Below, piece by piece: positions 10,550 to 20,825 of a stretch of 64,000 bases of DNA (the first letter of the stretch is position 1; every line of letters begins with the position of its first letter). Both the position numbers and the translations under genes were made by a program. Location of the stretch: NCBI GenBank assembly GCA_017435965.1, contig JAFSEA010000027.1:21319-85318 (forward strand). The letters are read 5' to 3'. The notes under the pieces are model-generated. The model worked only from the letters and a program-made list of their open reading frames with translations, was not told the origin of the DNA and made no database searches. Origin of the DNA: Oscillospiraceae bacterium (GTDB lineage: Bacteria; Bacillota; Clostridia; Oscillospirales; JAAYXM01).

Positions 10550-11586
10550 AAAATCACCTTTTCATCGGACTTTACGATTTCACCGATAATATATGCATCC
10601 TCGCCGTTATCACGGAGGATTGAAAGTGCAAGGTCTACCTCTTCTGCAGGTACAACGATGCTCATACCAACGCCCATATTGAAGGTGTTGAACATATCAC
10701 GCTCGCTGATGTTGCCTGTTTTTGCAATGAGGTCAAAAATCGGAAGAATACGGACTTTGGACTTATCAATCTTTGCACCGAGACCTTCGGGAATGCTTCT
10801 CGGAATATTCTCATAGAATCCGCCTCCTGTGATATGGGAAATTCCCTTTACCTTTACTTCTTCAAGAAGAGCAAGGACAGGCTTTACATAAATTCTTGTG
10901 GGGGTGAGAAGTGTTTCGCCGATACTCTTTCCGCCAAGAGCCTCACAAGGAGACTTGATATCGGCATTTTCAACGTCGAATACCTTACGGACAAGGGAGA
11001 AGCCGTTGGAATGAACGCCGCTTGACGGAAGTGCGATAACAACATCTCTCTCTTCCATTGTTTTGTTATCAATTATCTTTGATTTGTCAACTACACCTGT
11101 GCAATAACCTGCAAGGTCATATTCATCGATGGGATAGAATCCCGGCATTTCAGCAGTTTCGCCGCCGATAAGAGCCGCACCTGACTGAACACAGCCCTCA
11201 GCTACACCCTTTACTATATCTGCAATCTTCTCGGGGAAGTTCTTTCCGCAAGCAATATAGTCAAGGAAGAAAAGAGGCTTTGCACCTGCACAGATGATAT
11301 CGTTTACGCACATAGCGACACAGTCGATACCAACAGTATCGTGTTTATCGAGAAGGAATGCCATTTTAAGCTTTGTTCCCACACCGTCTGTTCCGCTTAC
11401 AAGAACGGGACGTGTCATACCTGTGACATCAAGCTCAAAGAGACCACCAAAGCCTCCTACATCGGAGCAGACACCGGAGGTCATTGTTTTTGCGATGTGT
11501 TGTTTCATAAGTTCAACAGCACGGTAGCCTGCGGTAATATCAACTCCTGCTGCTGCGTAGCTGTCTGATTTTGATTGCATACTCAT
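10546..11586 (-). CDS. purM: phosphoribosylformylglycinamidine cyclo-ligase
   Basis: [33 protein letters not shown] motifs; start moved to the ATG at 11586 (MSMQSK). Confidence 0.97.
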   Translation of the reverse strand: MSMQSKSDSYAAAGVDITAGYRAVELMKQHIAKTMTSGVCSDVGGFGGLFELDVTGMTRPVLVSGTDGVGTKLKMAFLLDKHDTVGIDCVAMCVNDIICAGAKPLFFLDYIACGKNFPEKIADIVKGVAEGCVQSGAALIGGETAEMPGFYPIDEYDLAGYCTGVVDKSKIIDNKTMEERDVVIALPSSGVHSNGFSLVRKVFDVENADIKSPCEALGGKSIGETLLTPTRIYVKPVLALLEEVKVKGISHITGGGFYENIPRSIPEGLGAKIDKSKVRILPIFDLIAKTGNISERDMFNTFNMGVGMSIVVPAEEVDLALSILRDNGEDAYIIGEIVKSDEKVIL

Positions 11587-11587
11587 T

Positions 11588-13015
11588 TTATTTATCTTCC
11601 TTTCCGTTCCAGCAATAAGTGCAAAGCTTACACGGATCCATACCGATAGCCTCAATTACACCTTCAAGAGACTGGAATTCAATTGATGCAAGGTGAAGTT
11701 CTTTTGCGATGGTTTCACGAAGTTTTTTTCCACGTTCCGTGGAAGAATCGCTGTATTCATTCATATACTTAAGGCCTTCCTCGCCCTCAAGCTCCACTAT
11801 GGTCTTTCTTGCGATAAGCTCCATTTCATTTGTTGCTCGCGAGAAATTAAGATATTTGCAAGCATGGGTTATCGGAGGACAAGCTGAGCGCATATGAACT
11901 TCTTTTGCTCCGTTTTCATAAAGGAACTCAACCGTTTCACGAAGCTGTGTGCCACGGACAACGGAGTCATCAACAAAGAGAAGGCTCTTGTCCTGTATGA
12001 GGTCGTGTACCGGAATCATCTTCATCTTTGCGATTTTATTGCGTTCCTTCTGCTGTGTCGGAATAAAGCTTCTCGACCAGGTCGGAGTGTATTTTATGAA
12101 AGGACGTGCAAATGGGATTCTGCTTTCATTTGCATATCCGATTGCATGAGGTGTTCCTGAATCCGGCACGCCACTGACATAATCAATTCCCGAAAGCTTA
12201 CCGCTTTCTCTGTCGTTTTTTGCCATTATCTCACCGTTGCGATAACGCATCTTTTCTACGTTAACTCCCTCATATGTGGAGGTAGGATAACCATAGTAGC
12301 TCCAGAGGAATGCACACATGTGCATTTCCTCCCCCGGCTCTGCAAGCTGCTCCACCCCATCAAGGGTCAGTCTTACAATCTCACCGGGGCCAAGCTCACG
12401 CTCATGCTTATATCCGAGCTTTGTATATGCAAAAGCTTCAAAAGATACACAGTATCCATCGTCATTCTTTCCCACAACAACGGGGATTCTTCCCACCTTG
12501 TCACGGGCGGCGATTATTGAACCGTCATCGCACAGTATGAGAATGGATGCAGTTCCTTCTATTTTGCTTTGAGCGAACTTGATTCCTTCAACAAAATCTT
12601 TTCTTCGGTTGATAAGAGCCGCAACAAGCTCCGTGCAATTGACACCGCCGCTTGTCATGGCATCAAAGTGACCACCGAAATCGAGATATTCCGAAATCAG
12701 ATCTTTTGCGTTGTTTACAAGACCTATAACACAGATTGCATATGTACCGAGCATTGAACGAATAAGCAACGGTTGAGGGTCAAAATCGCTTATGCATCCG
12801 ATGGCGGATGTGCCTCTCATGTCCTCAAAGACATGTTCAAACTTTGTTCGAAACGGAGAGTTCTGAATGTTATGAATCTCACGTTGTAATCCTATTTCCT
12901 TGTCGTATGCCGCAATTCCTGCACGGCGTGTTCCGAGGTGGGAATGATAATCCGTACCGAAGAAAACATCACCGAGAGCATCATCACGGCTGATTGCACC
13001 AAAAAAGCCTCCCAT
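11588..13015 (-). CDS. purF: amidophosphoribosyltransferase (variant lacking the N-terminal Cys nucleophile)
   Basis: PRPP motif [15 protein letters not shown], Fe-S Cys motifs (CAF, C-terminal CTYC); begins MGGFFG. Confidence 0.93.
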   Translation of the reverse strand: MGGFFGAISRDDALGDVFFGTDYHSHLGTRRAGIAAYDKEIGLQREIHNIQNSPFRTKFEHVFEDMRGTSAIGCISDFDPQPLLIRSMLGTYAICVIGLVNNAKDLISEYLDFGGHFDAMTSGGVNCTELVAALINRRKDFVEGIKFAQSKIEGTASILILCDDGSIIAARDKVGRIPVVVGKNDDGYCVSFEAFAYTKLGYKHERELGPGEIVRLTLDGVEQLAEPGEEMHMCAFLWSYYGYPTSTYEGVNVEKMRYRNGEIMAKNDRESGKLSGIDYVSGVPDSGTPHAIGYANESRIPFARPFIKYTPTWSRSFIPTQQKERNKIAKMKMIPVHDLIQDKSLLFVDDSVVRGTQLRETVEFLYENGAKEVHMRSACPPITHACKYLNFSRATNEMELIARKTIVELEGEEGLKYMNEYSDSSTERGKKLRETIAKELHLASIEFQSLEGVIEAIGMDPCKLCTYCWNGKEDK

Positions 13016-13027
13016 TATCTGTTCTCC

Positions 13028-13738
13028 TTATTCTCCGAGAATACGCTTCATCATTTCCTGATATGCATCTTCAACATTGCCGAGGTCACGACGAAAACGG
13101 TCCTTATCAAGTTTTTCGTGAGTTGTGCTGTCCCAGAAGCGGCAGGTATCGGGGGAAATTTCGTCTGCGAGAACGATTGCGCCGTCTGCCACCTTACCAA
13201 ACTCAAGTTTGAAATCTACAAGGTCAACATTGAGCTTCTTGAAGAATTCCTTCATAACAGCATTGACCTTAAATGCCATACTCTTGATTGTCTCAATTTC
13301 TTCCTTCGTTGCAACGCCGAGAGCGAGAGCATGGTAATCATTGATGAGGGGATCGCCAAGGTCATCGTTCTTATAAGAGAACTCAATTGTGGGTTCCGAA
13401 AAAACAATGCCTTCCTCTACACCGTAACGCTTTGCAAAAGAACCTGCAGAAATATTTCTGATGATAACTTCAAGAGGAACAATGGAAACCTTCTTAACAA
13501 GAGTTTCACGGTCGGAAAGCTCCTCAACAAAGTGAGTGGGAACGCCTTCCTTTTCAAGAAGCTGCATCATAAAGTTTGTTACACGGTTATTGATTGCACC
13601 CTTACCTGCGATTATGCCCTTCTTTACACCGTTGAATGCTGTTGCATCGTCCTTGTAGTCAACAAGGAGAATCTCGGGGTTATCTGTTGCATAGACTTTT
13701 TTCGCCTTGCCTTCGTAAAGCAAGTCTTTTTTTTCCAC
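13028..13738 (-). CDS. purC: SAICAR synthase
   Basis: [36 protein letters not shown] motifs. Confidence 0.98.
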   Translation of the reverse strand: MEKKDLLYEGKAKKVYATDNPEILLVDYKDDATAFNGVKKGIIAGKGAINNRVTNFMMQLLEKEGVPTHFVEELSDRETLVKKVSIVPLEVIIRNISAGSFAKRYGVEEGIVFSEPTIEFSYKNDDLGDPLINDYHALALGVATKEEIETIKSMAFKVNAVMKEFFKKLNVDLVDFKLEFGKVADGAIVLADEISPDTCRFWDSTTHEKLDKDRFRRDLGNVEDAYQEMMKRILGE

Positions 13739-13761
13739 TTTATATAACCTCCTAAAATATT

Positions 13762-14256
13762 TTACTGATTTAATTCTGCTGCGACCTTTGCATCCTTTTC
13801 AAGGACAGCCGCCGCATCGGATTTGCGCTTTGCATCGAGCTTATCAGCAAGTGCTTTATCTTCAACCGCAAGAATCTGCGCCGCCAAAAGCGCCGCATTT
13901 GCACCACCGTTTATTGCAACGGTTGCAACGGGGATTCCCGACGGCATCTGAACGGTTGAGAGAAGTGCATCAAGACCATCGAGGTTTGATGACTTACAGG
14001 GGATTCCGATAACCGGAAGAGTTGTGTTTGCCGCAACTGCACCTGCAAGGTGAGCTGCCATACCTGCCGCCGCAATCATAACACCGAAACCGTTTGCTCT
14101 TGCATTGACAGCAAAGTCGCGGGCCTCCTCAGGTGTTCTGTGGGCAGAATAGACGTGTACCTCAAAAGGGATTCCGAGAGTGTCAAGCATATCGGTTGCC
14201 TTTTTGATGATAGGCAGATCGCTGTCACTTCCCATAACAATTCCTACTTTTTTCAT
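13762..14256 (-). CDS. purE: AIR carboxylase / N5-CAIR mutase
   Basis: [27 protein letters not shown] motifs; ATG 14256 follows AAGGAGG. Confidence 0.97.
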   Translation of the reverse strand: MKKVGIVMGSDSDLPIIKKATDMLDTLGIPFEVHVYSAHRTPEEARDFAVNARANGFGVMIAAAGMAAHLAGAVAANTTLPVIGIPCKSSNLDGLDALLSTVQMPSGIPVATVAINGGANAALLAAQILAVEDKALADKLDAKRKSDAAAVLEKDAKVAAELNQ

Positions 14257-14284
14257 AATCTTTGACCTCCTTAAATTTAAAAAA

Positions 14285-14329
14285 AACAAAAAAGGGCGCA
14301 CTTAACTCACCGGGGAGTTAAATGTGCCC
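14285..14329 (-). terminator. riboswitch expression-platform terminator
   Basis: Minus strand GGGCACATTTAACTC-cccggt-GAGTTAAGTGCGCCC followed by TTTTTTGTTTTTT; its 5' arm overlaps the aptamer's CTGGGCA. Confidence 0.85.
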
Positions 14330-14410
14330 AGACGGTCGGCAAATGCGGGGGAACACCCCGAGATTTCTCTGCTTCCTGTGGTGCTCCACAAATCCGTCAG
14401 TCACAGAGAA
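14325..14410 (-). ncRNA. ZMP/ZTP (pfl) riboswitch
   Basis: Minus strand TTCTCTGTGACTGACGGA-TTT-GTGG-AGCA-CCAC-AGGAAGCAGAGAA, linker, GCCGACCGTCTGGGCA. This matches the pfl consensus with a GACGG/CCGTC pseudoknot and lies upstream of the pur/fhs operon. Confidence 0.92.
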
Positions 14411-14433
14411 GTTTATCAAATTTTCACTACATA

Positions 14434-14463
14434 AGTATATCATATTTTCGTGCTTTATGTCAA
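14434..14463 (-). promoter_or_regulatory. sigma-A promoter of the pur operon
   Basis: TTGACA (14463-14458), 18 bp spacer, extended -10 TG-A-TATACT (14439-14434). Confidence 0.75.
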
Positions 14464-14511
14464 GGAAAATGCGCCGTTATTTTGACTGATTTTCAAAGCC
14501 TCTGACACCTT

Positions 14512-15738
14512 TTATTTGTATAGCATATTCGCAATAATTTTTGTGATTGAAACAGGGTCACAGACAAAATCCTGTTTTGAGAATAAAAAGCACACTTTTC
14601 CTTGCTTATAGACCGTAATATTCTCTTCCTCCAGAGTGAAAAATGCATCTTCAAAATCAATTGTGTCTGCATTTTGAGATATAAGTCCCGAAACAGCTCG
14701 GTAAATGAGTCTTTCCCTCTTGTCTTTCAAAAGAAGCTCCGTTGTCGTATGACTTTCAAGAAGTGCCGAAAGAGTTGTTGTGATGCTTATAATATCCTTC
14801 CCATTTGTCACAATAGGTTTTTGAAGTTTTTCCCACGATTTTACGTCGAAGCGATAGTAAAGCGTGTCAGATTCCTTTGGGATCTCACGAATTTTCCTTC
14901 TTTTGAGTCGCGAGCACTTTACAACCTCACCATAATAGGTAACTCCAGCATCTTTCCCAAATTTAGATATAGACTGATATATTGCAACAAACTTTATGGG
15001 AAGCATATCTTTGGAAATACGTGTTGCCGGAATATGATAAAAATTATATTTCATCGCTGTGAGCAGCTGCATCGGTCCCTTTGTTGTCCCAACAAGTACA
15101 CAAGCATCCTCTTTATCGGAAAGCCCTTTTGTCTTCGGATTTTTTCTTCCTTTTCCAATGGAATTGACAGCACTTATTATCTGTCCCGATATAATGACGG
15201 TGATGAGAGAATAAAGAATCTTTTCCATCGGAATATAAGTGAGGGAAAGCAAAAGCACAACGCCGTCACTTATGAGATATATCCATTTTACATCAAGTCC
15301 TGTCTTTTCCGAGACTCCCATTGCAATGGCATCATCACCGGTAGGCGCTCCGCCAAAGCGAACTGCAACACCCACACCGATACCCACAAACACGGCACCT
15401 GCGACAGATGCTATTATCGGATAGTTTGCAATCTGCGGAAACAGAGGAGGAAATAATTCAAAAAGTGCATAGAATCCCGAAAAGGATACACCCGCAATTG
15501 CCGAATAGCCTATGAATTTGTTGCCGAAAACATACCAGCCAAATCCATAGCACAAGGCATTCAGGAAAAATCCCGAAATTGCAGGAGACACACTTAACCA
15601 ATGCTCACAAAGAAGAATAAGTCCCAATGTGCCGCCCTCTGTGACCGGTGAAATGGAATGTATATTATATATTCCGAATGCAAGAATCATCCCGCCAAGT
15701 ATCATCGCAATACTCGGCTTAATTTTCATCCCAAACAT
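14512..15738 (-). CDS. YitT-family membrane protein fused to a C-terminal PUA/EVE-like domain
   Basis: First ~195 aa are hydrophobic with YitT motifs (TEGGTLG, GAVFVGIGVG...GGAPTGDD). The soluble C-terminus has VLVG...FYHIP...VAIYQS..FG..G(V)TYYG...YYRF. Confidence 0.75.
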   Translation of the reverse strand: MFGMKIKPSIAMILGGMILAFGIYNIHSISPVTEGGTLGLILLCEHWLSVSPAISGFFLNALCYGFGWYVFGNKFIGYSAIAGVSFSGFYALFELFPPLFPQIANYPIIASVAGAVFVGIGVGVAVRFGGAPTGDDAIAMGVSEKTGLDVKWIYLISDGVVLLLSLTYIPMEKILYSLITVIISGQIISAVNSIGKGRKNPKTKGLSDKEDACVLVGTTKGPMQLLTAMKYNFYHIPATRISKDMLPIKFVAIYQSISKFGKDAGVTYYGEVVKCSRLKRRKIREIPKESDTLYYRFDVKSWEKLQKPIVTNGKDIISITTTLSALLESHTTTELLLKDKRERLIYRAVSGLISQNADTIDFEDAFFTLEEENITVYKQGKVCFLFSKQDFVCDPVSITKIIANMLYK

Positions 15739-15772
15739 TTATCCCCACAACCCAAAACAAAAATATCTTTAT

Positions 15773-16963
15773 CTAAAAGAAAAACCCACAGTCATCGTAA
15801 ATAGCTCCGCCATTTTTATAAAGCTCCTTGACATTACGTTGAAGGCTTGTCCCCTCCGAAAGGCTTTCGATATCCGAAATTCCCTTTTCACCGGGAAAAA
15901 CAAAGCCAAACACCCACGTCCCTGCACTTTTGCAAGGATAGTGGATATATTTTTTCTGAAAAGCAAGTATGTTTGAAGTCGGCTTCAACACCTTCCGCAA
16001 ATCCCTTGACATCATCCATGTATGACAATGGATAGCCTTGTATGGCATATCCACAAAGCAATTTGCCATAACTTCACGAAGTCTCGCATACGAACTTTCA
16101 ATGGTATCAACATCAAAATCTCCGTCTCTGGGGATATGTACGGGGATGACAGCATCATCCTTTGAAAGGCAAAGCTCCCACTCCAATTTTGAAAAGGACG
16201 TTTTTTCCCTTGCCACATTACCGTCGGTTATAACGTGTCCGATAATCTCGTTTTCTGTTTCCGTGATATCGGCAACAAAGCTTTCAGTTTCGTCTTCACA
16301 GTATATCGAGCCCACGATACGTCCTGTTCTGTGAATATGCAAGCCATCTGCCAATGTCAAAATTTCACCTTTTGAATTTTTATATACCCTCACTCCGCTT
16401 ACACGTTTAGTCGGCAATTCATATTTGAATCTGCCTATTCTTATCAACTCATTATTTATAGTGTGACAAATCCAAACCAAACGCCCCTTATCAAAAGCAA
16501 TTCTTCCGATATTCATTCGGCACATTTCAAAGCAATAATCATACTCTTGCAAAGATGCCGCAATTATATCTTCCGGCACATTTCTGTTCCGAAAATACCT
16601 GACACTATCAGGAATTGTAGGTATAGCGGCAAACAAGTGAAAAAAGTCATAATCAAGTCTCGGACCTTTCGGAGGCGTATAATCGGGATCGTTTATATTT
16701 CCGCCGTTTTTTACCCACTTTTCAAGAACACACACAAGCAGGCACAGCGCATCATTTTCCCGCACCTTTGCCGCAGCAGAAAGAACGGTTTCCATATATG
16801 GCAAAAGTACTTTTGCCTCCGTCAATACACCTTCTATATACGCTTCCGATAATATGAGCGAAGCTCTGTTTTTCCATTCATCCTTTATTTCTTCATATAT
16901 TTCCGCAAAACATCCGGGACAACTTTCCATCCCAAGCTCTTTTTTCATTTGTTCAAAATTCAT
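15773..16963 (-). CDS. acyltransferase domain protein (NAT_N / GNAT-like C-terminal)
   Basis: RIGRFKYE, VHIP, CHTWMM...L...SNILAFQ, TSLQR motifs recalled from this family. Confidence 0.7.
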   Translation of the reverse strand: MNFEQMKKELGMESCPGCFAEIYEEIKDEWKNRASLILSEAYIEGVLTEAKVLLPYMETVLSAAAKVRENDALCLLVCVLEKWVKNGGNINDPDYTPPKGPRLDYDFFHLFAAIPTIPDSVRYFRNRNVPEDIIAASLQEYDYCFEMCRMNIGRIAFDKGRLVWICHTINNELIRIGRFKYELPTKRVSGVRVYKNSKGEILTLADGLHIHRTGRIVGSIYCEDETESFVADITETENEIIGHVITDGNVAREKTSFSKLEWELCLSKDDAVIPVHIPRDGDFDVDTIESSYARLREVMANCFVDMPYKAIHCHTWMMSRDLRKVLKPTSNILAFQKKYIHYPCKSAGTWVFGFVFPGEKGISDIESLSEGTSLQRNVKELYKNGGAIYDDCGFFF

Positions 16964-16964
16964 T

Positions 16965-17735
16965 TCATTTTCTCCTCACCAAAGCTTTTCTGCCACCCGA
17001 GCACGCCAGTATAAAGCTCAAAACAATCAAGACCGGAAGTACTGCAAACGCAATATCCGGCAGTTCCAGTTCACTTGTAGCAAGAACTGTTCCCGACAAA
17101 TTAAATGACATATGGAGTGCAACTGCATTCCAAAGGCTTTTACTTCGAATCCGCACCATACACAAAACAATACCAAGTACAAACGCATATATCATTTGTG
17201 TAATACCTGTATGTGAGATTGCGAAAAGCAATGATGTCATAAGTATTGCCCCCGCAACACCAAGCACTTTTCCATACATGCGAAGAAGTATTCCTCTGAA
17301 TACAAATTCTTCAACAAAAGGTCCGAGAAAAAGGCACACTAAAAGCAAAAATGTCATTTCTGTTTCATCCGTGTGTATCGGAGCTACAATGGAAAAGGTT
17401 ATAAAATTTAAAATTGCGCCAAAAACAACAGCACCAAAGATACCGAGAGGATATACGGATAATATTCCCGTATAAGAGCGCACATCCTTACGTTGAAATT
17501 TTAACAGTAAAAATGAAACAATCAACACAAGTGCATAGGAAATAACAAGCACAAGTGAAGAATCTTTTTCCGATATCTCACCAAAGCTTTCTGCGAACGA
17601 TCCTACACTTCCCTTTTCAAAAAGTTTTTCAACAAGCTGAAACAAATACAAAAACAGCGCCGCCAGAACTCCGGACAAAAGATACAATACATACCCGCCT
17701 GTTGCAAAAATAAACTTGCCGATTTTTGATTTCAC
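16965..17735 (-). CDS. CPBP (CAAX/Abi) intramembrane metalloprotease
   Basis: PFVEEFVFRG, FAISH and LHMSFN motifs; multiple TM helices. Confidence 0.88.
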   Translation of the reverse strand: MKSKIGKFIFATGGYVLYLLSGVLAALFLYLFQLVEKLFEKGSVGSFAESFGEISEKDSSLVLVISYALVLIVSFLLLKFQRKDVRSYTGILSVYPLGIFGAVVFGAILNFITFSIVAPIHTDETEMTFLLLVCLFLGPFVEEFVFRGILLRMYGKVLGVAGAILMTSLLFAISHTGITQMIYAFVLGIVLCMVRIRSKSLWNAVALHMSFNLSGTVLATSELELPDIAFAVLPVLIVLSFILACSGGRKALVRRK

Positions 17736-17745
17736 GCCTTATCCC

Positions 17746-19119
17746 CTACTTTTTCTCGGAAACGAGCATTTCTCCGACCTTATATATATCTCCTGCTCCC
17801 ATTGTGAGAACAAAATCACCATCGGTTACGACCTCCGAAAGACGTTCCTTAATGCAATCAAATCCACTTATACATTCTGCATTCTCAATCTTATCTCCGA
17901 TTGCAGACGAATCTATTCCTATAGTATTTTTCTCACGTGCGGCAAAGATGTCGGCAAGAATTACCTTATCTGCAATAGAGAGAGCTTTTGCAAAATCATC
18001 TTTGAGCGCCGCGGTTCTTGTATAGGTATGCGGCTGAAAAACACATATTATGCGTCCGCTATGTGCCTTACGGACAGCTTTAAGCGTTGTCTCAATTTCG
18101 CTCGGATGATGTGCATAGTCATCAAAAACTGACACACCGCGATACTCACCCTTATATTCCATTCGTCGTCCGACACCCGTGAACGCCGACAACGCTCCCA
18201 TAATGCATTCTGCATTGATTCCCATAGAAATAGCAACTGCGGCAGCCGCAAGAGCATTCTTAATATTGTGCTCACCCAAAACAGACAGGCGAATATCTGC
18301 AATTTTCTCATTTTTATTTATCAAAGAAAACATCGGGTAGCCATCTCTGTAAGCTATGTCAGATGCTCTTACATCGCAATTCTCCGAAAGACCGAAAGTT
18401 ATAAACTCACGACCTGAAAGTTTTGCGGCAGAATATGCATTTTCATCGTCACCGTTTATGATAATCTTACCATTCGTTTTTACATTACAGAGAAATTTTG
18501 CAAACGATTTTATTATATCATCAATTCCTGAGAAGAAATCAAGATGATCCTCTTCTATATTGAGTATTACCGCGATGGTTGGATTGAAGTTGTGGAAAGA
18601 ATTACAATACTCACAAGCCTCTGCAATAAACAGTTCACCATCCGAAATTCTGAAAACACCGCCAATCTCTCGCATATCTGCACCTATCATAACCTCAGGG
18701 TCCCTATCTGCCGCAAGAGCGATGCAGGTTGTCATTGCGGTTGTGGATGTTTTTCCGTGAGTTCCGGAAATGCAAACTACTTCAGAAAACTTTTCCATAA
18801 GAAGTCCCCATGCTTCAGTTCGTTCCAGTACAGGTATACCAAGTTCCCGAGCTCTCATAATCTCCGGATTATCATCTTTGATTGCCGATGTGCGGATAAC
18901 AACATCGACACCTTCAACATTTGATGCAAAATGTCCTTTTATGACTTTGAAACCTTTTGCCTCAAGACGTTTCGCATAAACGCCCATATTCATATCAGAG
19001 CCGCGTACAGTAAGACCATAAGCCGCGATAGCCTCAGCAAGTGCATTCATCGATACGCCGCCAACACCTACAAGGTGCACGACATTTTTCTTGTCCGACA
19101 AAAAGTTTGTCTTCTTCAT
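17746..19119 (-). CDS. murC: UDP-N-acetylmuramate--L-alanine ligase
   Basis: GVGGVSM, GTHGKTSTT, EACEY, GVGRRME, DDYAHHPSE, FQPHTYTRT motifs; real start is ATG 19119 (GGAG RBS). Confidence 0.96.
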   Translation of the reverse strand: MKKTNFLSDKKNVVHLVGVGGVSMNALAEAIAAYGLTVRGSDMNMGVYAKRLEAKGFKVIKGHFASNVEGVDVVIRTSAIKDDNPEIMRARELGIPVLERTEAWGLLMEKFSEVVCISGTHGKTSTTAMTTCIALAADRDPEVMIGADMREIGGVFRISDGELFIAEACEYCNSFHNFNPTIAVILNIEEDHLDFFSGIDDIIKSFAKFLCNVKTNGKIIINGDDENAYSAAKLSGREFITFGLSENCDVRASDIAYRDGYPMFSLINKNEKIADIRLSVLGEHNIKNALAAAAVAISMGINAECIMGALSAFTGVGRRMEYKGEYRGVSVFDDYAHHPSEIETTLKAVRKAHSGRIICVFQPHTYTRTAALKDDFAKALSIADKVILADIFAAREKNTIGIDSSAIGDKIENAECISGFDCIKERLSEVVTDGDFVLTMGAGDIYKVGEMLVSEKK

Positions 19120-19264
19120 AACAATTCTCCAATCAAAATATTCTATTATGATGTGTATTTTATAGTATGACCCGGTTAAAATATACTTACATATTTTCCT
19201 TTGTATATTATAATATCTTCTAAAAGAAAAGTCTACAAAAAAAAGAAAAAACAAGGAGAACAGT

Positions 19265-19537
19265 ATGAAAATTACCGATGTTAAAATCCGCAGAATGTCC
19301 GATGAATCAAAAATGAAAGCGATTGTATCAGTTACCTTTGATGACGAACTTGTAATACACGATATCAAAATAATACAAGGACACGACAGAATGTTTCTCG
19401 CAATGCCTTCAAGAAGACTCCCGGATGGTGGGTACAGCGACATTGCACATCCGACAAGAAAAGAACTTCGCAACGAGATAGAAGCAAAGGTACTCATAGC
19501 TTTTGAAAACTATCTTAACGGAGAAATGGGAAACTAA
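19265..19537 (+). CDS. spoVG: septation/sporulation regulator SpoVG
   Basis: MKITDVKIR...KAIVSVTFDD...IHDIKII...AMPSR...DIAHP. Confidence 0.95.
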   Translation: MKITDVKIRRMSDESKMKAIVSVTFDDELVIHDIKIIQGHDRMFLAMPSRRLPDGGYSDIAHPTRKELRNEIEAKVLIAFENYLNGEMGN

Positions 19538-19599
19538 TACTTGCCATATCCTCAAAAAAGTTATATAATATAATTACTTATCGCAAGGATGTGAAAAAA

Positions 19600-20730
19600 A
19601 TGAAAGTTCTCATTCTGAGCATAACCGCAGGATACGGACACCACGCTGCAGCAAAATCTGTTGCAGGTGCGCTCACCGAAAAGGGTGTCGAGGTCGAGAG
19701 TGTCGATGTATATAAAAGTGTAAATAAATTGCTTTATTGGGCTGTAGACAAGTTCTATCTGATTTTTACAAAATACACACGCAAACCCTATAGCGCAATT
19801 TACAATCATCTTGCAACAAAAAAGCGTTCTGAAAAGAAACGTCATTCAAGCGGTTTCCTCACAAGATATTGTTCAAAAAGATTTGAAAAATTCGTAGCCG
19901 AATCACAGCCGGATGTAATAGTCTGCACCCACGTTTATGCATCATTGATTATCAATGATTTGAAACGAAAAAACAAGTTTACCGATATTCCCACAATAGG
20001 AATTGTAACAGATTACACAATGCATCCGTTCTGGGATTGCGTTCCTTTTACCGAATACGTTGAAGTCGCAAATGAAATCGTTTCCGAAGAAGCAAAAGCG
20101 CTCGGGATTGAAGAAAGCAAAATTTTACCATTAGGAATCCCAATAGATAAAAAGTTTACAAAAGCTTCAGAAAAGAATGATGCCCGAAAAGCACTTAACC
20201 TCCCCATTGATAAGAAAATAGTTCTCGTTATGGCAGGAAGTATGGGATACGGAGACATTCCCTCAATCATTTCCGACATACATAAATATGACAAAGATTG
20301 TCTCGTTCTCGCTGTGTGTGGCAATAATAAAAAGCACTATAAAAAGCTGACATCTTTAGCAAACAACAACGTGAAGATCTTTACCTTTACAGAAAATATC
20401 AATCTTTTTATGGATGCTGCTGACTGTATCATCACAAAACCCGGCGGTCTTTCCACATCGGAGGCCATTGCAAAAGAACTTCCAATGATATTTGTAAATC
20501 CAATTCCCGGTCACGAAGAAAAAAACCTCCAATTTTTCACAAGCAACAATGCAGGTATTGATGCAACCGGTCAGCTTAAAGTATATGATGCTTTATATCA
20601 ACTTTTTGATTCCCCCGGAAAATTGGATGAAATAAAAAAACAACTCTCTGCTCTTGCAAAACCAAATGCAACCGACGATATTGCAAACTTCGTAATTTCC
20701 ATATGCGAAAAAGACAACAGATCACGATGA
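19600..20730 (+). CDS. MGDG synthase / UgtP-like glycosyltransferase (GT28)
   Basis: S.TAGYGH, PDVIVCTH, VTDY..H, GIPI, ITKPGGLSTSEA, PIPGHEEKN motifs. Confidence 0.88.
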   Translation: MKVLILSITAGYGHHAAAKSVAGALTEKGVEVESVDVYKSVNKLLYWAVDKFYLIFTKYTRKPYSAIYNHLATKKRSEKKRHSSGFLTRYCSKRFEKFVAESQPDVIVCTHVYASLIINDLKRKNKFTDIPTIGIVTDYTMHPFWDCVPFTEYVEVANEIVSEEAKALGIEESKILPLGIPIDKKFTKASEKNDARKALNLPIDKKIVLVMAGSMGYGDIPSIISDIHKYDKDCLVLAVCGNNKKHYKKLTSLANNNVKIFTFTENINLFMDAADCIITKPGGLSTSEAIAKELPMIFVNPIPGHEEKNLQFFTSNNAGIDATGQLKVYDALYQLFDSPGKLDEIKKQLSALAKPNATDDIANFVISICEKDNRSR

Positions 20731-20753
20731 ATAAAGTGATCTGTTGTCTTTTT
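20708..20753. terminator. bidirectional terminator overlapping the glycosyltransferase stop
   Basis: Perfect 18-bp inverted repeat AAAAAGACAACAGATCAC / GTGATCTGTTGTCTTTTT. Confidence 0.75.
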
Positions 20754-20777
20754 AAATAACCATTCATAAAATTCAAC

Positions 20778-20802
20778 AGGGCACCTTCAAAAAAGGTGCC
20801 CT
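20778..20802 (-). terminator. hairpin downstream of the ABC permeases
   Basis: AGGGCACCTT / AAGGTGCCCT inverted repeat between convergent genes. Confidence 0.55.
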
Positions 20803-20825
20803 TAAAAAGTTGAATTCTTTAAATT

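Noticed and set aside
19120-19497. 126-aa N-terminal extension of the murC ORF in the track
   Set aside because: It is the antisense of spoVG plus intergenic DNA. An RBS and MurC similarity begin at ATG 19119.
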